From: an uncultured Leptospirales bacterium
Lineage (GTDB): Bacteria > Spirochaetota > UBA4802 > UBA5550
Assembly: GCA_964491265.1 (NCBI GenBank)
Contig: CAZBFP010000010.1
Span: 2,233 to 66,232 of the forward strand
Direction of reading: 5' to 3'
Length of the DNA: 64,000 bases
A model generated the notes under the pieces. The model made no database searches. It was given only the letters and a program-made list of their open reading frames with translations, and was not told the DNA's origin. Below, piece after piece: positions 60,002-64,000 of this stretch. Made by a program: the position numbers and the translations under genes. The first letter of the stretch is position 1. Each line of letters starts with the position of its first letter.

Positions 60002-60368
60002 TTGCAGAAATCTGATCCCAGGCTTCCCGCATCTCCTTAAGGAGTTTGATTGTATGAGTAATAATTACCGGGTCTTTTTTAATATTAGCTTCAAGGAGCT
60101 GCTTTTTAAAATACATATAAAGGCTGAAAAGGTTTCTGGAAATTTCACCCCCCTCATCCATATTAAGAGAGAGAAGGAGTTCAGTGATTATATCCTGTGC
60201 TTTGATAATGTTATTGTTAACAATATCATATTTCTTAGGCTCTATGTTTTCAAGAGCAATAGTAAGAAATTTTATGGCACCATCGTAGAGCATTACAATC
60301 AGTTTACCCTGGTTAGCAGTAGTAATCTGAGTTGTTTTATATTGATTATATGGATTTTTGTTTAACAC
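59937..60368 (-). CDS. fliS: Flagellar export chaperone FliS
   Basis: LIVMLYDGAIKFL...KAQDIITELLLSLNMDEGGEISRNLFSLYMYF...REAW matches the FliS family consensus. Confidence 0.85.
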   Translation of the reverse strand: MLNKNPYNQYKTTQITTANQGKLIVMLYDGAIKFLTIALENIEPKKYDIVNNNIIKAQDIITELLLSLNMDEGGEISRNLFSLYMYFKKQLLEANIKKDPVIITHTIKLLKEMREAWDQISANETKSDKNINIGSKGSFSIEG

Positions 60369-60512
60369 CTATTCAACCCCATGACTCGTTATTTAATATC
60401 TCTTATGTTAAATATATTATCGTATATTAAACATAACAACTTTACCTGATAAATCGATTAAAAGATAAGCTGAAAAAATAATTTCCACCAGTCCATATTT
60501 TATGATGCGGAA

Positions 60513-61400
60513 TCACTTAGACAGCACTTTTTGAATTTTTGAGAGAATTTCATTATATTTCGCCAGGGTTCCTTCAACAATGTCTGATGGAAGCGGAGGC
60601 GGAGGGGAGTTTTTGTCCCATGATGTGGTTTCAAGGTAATCTCTGATATACTGTTTATCATAACTTACAGGGGATTCTCCGGTTTGATATTGTGTTAAAT
60701 CCCAGAATCTGGAGCTGTCAGGCGTAAGTATTTCGTCAATTAAGATGATCTCATTGTTGAGATAGCCGAATTCAAGCTTTGTATCAGCAAGAATAATCCC
60801 AGCTTCTTTCATAACTTTTTCACCAGATTCATAAATCTCAATTGTTACTCTTTTCAGAAGTTCAGCATCCTCTCTTCCGATAGACTCTATTACTTTATCA
60901 AAAGAGATGTTTATATCATGCCCATGATCCTCTTTTGTTGCAGGGGTAAAGAACGGTTTCTCAAATTTTTCCGCAAGCATTAGACCGGGGGGGAGTTTAA
61001 TACCGGAGATTTCACCCTTTTCACTATATTCTTTCCATCCTCCGCCTATGATGTATCCTCTGGCAACGCATTCAAAATCGATACGCTTTGTTTTTTTAAC
61101 AATAACAGACCTGTCTTTAAAGAATTCCGGGTAATCTGAATATGGTTTAGGGAATGAACTGAAATTATCCTCAACAATATGGTTTTTAATCACTTTCAGA
61201 TTTTTGAACCATAGATTTGAAATTGAATTGAGCACTATCCCTTTGCCGGGAATACCATTTGGGAAAATGTAATCAAAAGCGGAAATACGGTCTGTGGAAA
61301 CAATAAGCATATGTTCATCATCTACAGGATAAAGATCCCTTACCTTTCCGCTGTATATTTTTTTAACTTCCGGAATCTCAATGTGCGTTAGTGGTGTCAT
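60513..61400 (-). CDS. purC: Phosphoribosylaminoimidazole-succinocarboxamide synthase (SAICAR synthetase)
   Basis: SAICAR synthetase blocks (LYPVDDEHMLIVSTDRISAFD, LADTKLEFG). Confidence 0.85.
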   Translation of the reverse strand: MTPLTHIEIPEVKKIYSGKVRDLYPVDDEHMLIVSTDRISAFDYIFPNGIPGKGIVLNSISNLWFKNLKVIKNHIVEDNFSSFPKPYSDYPEFFKDRSVIVKKTKRIDFECVARGYIIGGGWKEYSEKGEISGIKLPPGLMLAEKFEKPFFTPATKEDHGHDINISFDKVIESIGREDAELLKRVTIEIYESGEKVMKEAGIILADTKLEFGYLNNEIILIDEILTPDSSRFWDLTQYQTGESPVSYDKQYIRDYLETTSWDKNSPPPPLPSDIVEGTLAKYNEILSKIQKVLSK

Positions 61401-61407
61401 TTATTAT

Positions 61408-62847
61408 TTACCCATTTAATTTTTTTATGAGAATTTCATTAACAATCTGCGGGTTAGCTTTCCCTTTCGATTCTTTCATTACCTGACCCACAAGAAACCC
61501 GAGAGCCTTCGATTTACCGCTTCTGAAATCTTCAACTGACTGTGCATTAGAATCTAAAACTGAATCAATTATTTTTTCAATTTCACCGCTGTCTGATACC
61601 TGGCGAAGACCTTTTTTTTCTATTATTTCATCAGGACTTAACCCTGTTTCAATCATATCTTTGAAAACAGTTTTTGCAATTTTACCATTGATTGTATTGT
61701 TCTCAACAAGCTGAAGTAAAGATGCCAGCTTCTCTGCAGTAACAGGGAAATTATCAATTTCTTCAAGTTCTTCAATCTGCCCAAGGAGTTCACTCATAAT
61801 CCAGTTTGATGCTTTCTTTGGATCAATTTTGAGATTAACTACCTTTTCATAATATTCAGCCAGCTGTCTTACTGATGTGAGCACTGCAGCATCATATTCA
61901 GGTATTACATACTCTGAAATAAAGCGTTCCTTTTTTGCATCAGGGAGTTCAGGGAGTCCTGCTTTCAGTTCACTGATATATGCATCATCTATTATTATCG
62001 GCGGAAGATCAGGGTCGGGGAAATATCTGTAATCGTGTGCATCCTCCTTTGACCTCATGCTGTAGGTTTTCATAAGGTCCGCATTCCAGAGTCGTGTTTC
62101 CTGTATAATGCTTTTGATTTCACCCGCTTCAGCAAGATCCACCTGTCTGGCAAACTCATAATCAATGGCAGCCTTTACAAATTTAAAGGAGTTGAGATTT
62201 TTTATCTCCACTTTTTCACCAAGCTTTGTTTCACCTTTCTCGCGGATGGAAATATTAACATCGCATCTGAGGCTCCCTTCCTCCATGTTAACGTCAGATA
62301 CATCAGTATATTTCATAATAGTTTTAATTTTCTGCAGGTATTCATAGGCTTCATCAGCGCTCCGCATATCAGGATCGGATACTATTTCCGCCAGGGGCAC
62401 GCCTGTTCGGTTAAGGTCAACATAGGAATTGGGATCTGAGCTGTCTTCGCTGTGAACCAGTTTACCAGCATCCTCTTCAAGGTGAAGCCTGGTAATTCCG
62501 ATACGTTTTTTTTCACCCTTATTTTCAATATCAACATATCCCTGCAGGCATACAGGGCGGTCATACTGGGATATCTGGTATGCCTTGGGAAGATCGGGGT
62601 AAAAATAATTTTTTCTATCAAATTTGCTGTAATGTGCAATATCACAATTCAGGGCTAATCCGGCAGTAATACCTTTTTTTAATACATCATTATTCAGTAC
62701 AGGAAGAACACCGGGAAGCCCCAGGCACACAGGGCATGTCTGGCTGTTGGGCGGGGAGCCGAATCTGGTAGAACATCCGCAGAAAATTTTAGTGTCGGTT
62801 TTAAGCTGGACATGAACTTCAAGTCCTATTACAGGTTCAAACTCCAT
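61408..62847 (-). CDS. gatB: Asp-tRNA(Asn)/Glu-tRNA(Gln) amidotransferase subunit B
   Basis: N-terminal IGLEVHVQL...CGC...CPVCLGLPG GatB signature. Full-length similarity. Confidence 0.9.
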   Translation of the reverse strand: MEFEPVIGLEVHVQLKTDTKIFCGCSTRFGSPPNSQTCPVCLGLPGVLPVLNNDVLKKGITAGLALNCDIAHYSKFDRKNYFYPDLPKAYQISQYDRPVCLQGYVDIENKGEKKRIGITRLHLEEDAGKLVHSEDSSDPNSYVDLNRTGVPLAEIVSDPDMRSADEAYEYLQKIKTIMKYTDVSDVNMEEGSLRCDVNISIREKGETKLGEKVEIKNLNSFKFVKAAIDYEFARQVDLAEAGEIKSIIQETRLWNADLMKTYSMRSKEDAHDYRYFPDPDLPPIIIDDAYISELKAGLPELPDAKKERFISEYVIPEYDAAVLTSVRQLAEYYEKVVNLKIDPKKASNWIMSELLGQIEELEEIDNFPVTAEKLASLLQLVENNTINGKIAKTVFKDMIETGLSPDEIIEKKGLRQVSDSGEIEKIIDSVLDSNAQSVEDFRSGKSKALGFLVGQVMKESKGKANPQIVNEILIKKLNG

Positions 62848-63003
62848 ATTATCCTCATTTTTTATTATACTTGATTTTATTTAAGGAACAAATATTGACT
62901 CTTTTTGTCAAGTAAAGTAAAGGGAAGATATAAATCAAAAATATAATTTCAATTAATTTTGGTATTTATTCCTAAACTTATTATTGTGAAGAAATGCTCT
63001 ATT

Positions 63004-63030
63004 ATCCCCGCCGCCGAATGCGGCGGGGAT
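63004..63030. repeat. GC-rich palindromic REP-like hairpin B3 (atccccgccgc-cgaat-gcggcggggat)
   Basis: Perfect 11-bp stem. Preceded by aaatgctct, as is B4. Confidence 0.65.
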
Positions 63031-63140
63031 ATAAAATAGTCCATTTTTACACTAAAATATATTTTCAGGAATTAACATTGATTAATTTTAAATGTTTGAT
63101 ATTTTCAAATCGATATTCATTTTTAAGGTAGAAATATATT

Positions 63141-63608
63141 ATGCTCAAAGAGCTTAAAGTCAGTACTTTTGTTTTTATTATCGCAGCTCTATTTGCTTCA
63201 GGTTTAGCAATTGGCGGATTTCTGGGGAGAACTTCTCTGAAGAAGGTAGCATCAGGTGAAATAACTGCAGCACTGGTTCTCTTTAATCCTTCATCAGTAT
63301 ATATTGATACTGTAAAACTTTTAAACAGCAGGGACCCGTTTAAGCGGTTAAGCGGATATTACGCCTATGCTGATACCAGGCTTATTGACCTGGATTATTT
63401 ATACAAACGGTTTACTGAAGAGGAGTCTCCTGTTATTAAAAATACAATTATCTGGGCAGCGTCACGAAGTGAGAAAACCGATGATGTTATAATTTTTTTT
63501 AAAAAAGTATATAAAATTGGGAGTAAAAGAAATCAGGAATTCATATTAAATTATATTGAAACTATAGACGCTGAATTATATAATGATTTTATTGAAAAAG
63601 TGAAGTAA
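63141..63608 (+). CDS. Hypothetical membrane-anchored protein (155 aa)
   Basis: N-terminal TM helix. Preceded by the conserved upstream motif at 63049-63076. Confidence 0.45.
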   Translation: MLKELKVSTFVFIIAALFASGLAIGGFLGRTSLKKVASGEITAALVLFNPSSVYIDTVKLLNSRDPFKRLSGYYAYADTRLIDLDYLYKRFTEEESPVIKNTIIWAASRSEKTDDVIIFFKKVYKIGSKRNQEFILNYIETIDAELYNDFIEKVK

Positions 63609-63663
63609 TCATTTTAAATCAGTCTTAAATTTTTAATTTTTATTTTAATTAAAATGCTCTAAT

Positions 63664-63690
63664 ATCCCCGCCGCCGAAGGCGGCGGGGAT
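63664..63690. repeat. GC-rich palindromic REP-like hairpin B4 (atccccgccgcc-gaa-ggcggcggggat)
   Basis: Perfect 12-bp stem. Same aaatgctcta leader as B3. Confidence 0.65.
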
Positions 63691-63771
63691 ATGGGAAACA
63701 TCATTATTGAACTAAAAAATATCTTTAGGAATAATTACTTATTTTAAATATATAATTCTACAGGAGATCAT

Positions 63772-64000
63772 ATGAAAAAAATTATATCATTGATGGTAGT
63801 TTCTTTACTGCTTTTAATAGCAGCCTGTTCCTCGAAACCTGAAGGGATGGTTACATCTGTACCCTCTTTAATTAAAGAGGGGTTTATCAGCAATACAGAA
63901 TATGAAATAATCTGCCGCGGCTTCCCGAAAGAAGGGCTTGAAGGGGTACAGAAGGATGAGTCCGCTAAAAGGGCCGCTCTTCTTAATGCCTATTATTTTA
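63772..64000 (+). CDS. Lipoprotein, 3'-truncated by the window edge
   Basis: AGGAG RBS then ATG. Signal peptide with lipobox LIAAC. Preceded by the conserved upstream motif at 63710-63738. Confidence 0.55.
   Translation, partial: MKKIISLMVVSLLLLIAACSSKPEGMVTSVPSLIKEGFISNTEYEIICRGFPKEGLEGVQKDESAKRAALLNAYYF

Noticed and set aside
29621-63690. GC-rich hairpin repeats considered as a possible CRISPR array
   Set aside because: Copies are tens of kb apart, irregularly spaced, palindromic (REP-like) rather than repeat-spacer-repeat, and no cas genes are present.
63004-63690. B-family hairpins as intrinsic terminators
   Set aside because: No U-tract follows any copy, and two copies lie in divergent or upstream regions rather than at gene 3' ends.

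Overview
Low-GC (about 35%) bacterial chromosomal segment, 64 kb. All calls come from reading the translations and the DNA by eye; no searches were run.

Most of the window is core and housekeeping content:
- Two paralogous PAS/HisKA_2 sensor kinases at the left end.
- A Liv-type branched-chain amino-acid ABC operon and an Opp/Yej-type peptide ABC operon.
- Asparaginase, NUDIX, an RlmN-PBP1A-M23 cluster, a CNNM pair, HIT, TraB, a STAS plus HD-GYP pair, prfB, fliS, purC and gatB.

Between a MarC-family gene (4978-5589) and a tRNA-Arg(UCG) gene (18054-18127, minus strand) lies an AT-rich accessory island of about 12 kb. A decayed tyrosine-integrase C-terminus sits next to the tRNA 3' end. The island holds:
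- A Fic/Doc protein and a convergent AbrB/MazE-like orphan.
- A RhuM mosaic with a DUF2283 gene.
- A HigB(Gp49-like)-HigA(XRE)-SecB-like module resembling tripartite TAC systems.
- A 1584-aa protein with a DUF4011-like N-terminus, an SF1 (Upf1/DNA2-like) helicase core, a PD-(D/E)xK (DUF559/Vsr-like) nuclease-like domain and a DUF3320-like tail. It is bracketed by two directly repeated paralogous 4-TM membrane-protein genes.

The membrane-protein/helicase-nuclease/membrane-protein arrangement is the strongest candidate for an undescribed defence module.

Other signals worth a second look:
- A HesB/IscA-like gene with an in-frame UGA, a perfect Shine-Dalgarno site and a downstream hairpin (selenoprotein candidate).
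- A 307-bp element with nested perfect inverted repeats, immediately upstream of that gene.
- Two intergenic repeat families (one MITE-like, one GC-rich palindromic REP-like).
- A conserved upstream motif shared by three secreted-protein genes.
- A GC-rich patch of about 600 bp with no intact gene at the left edge of the island.
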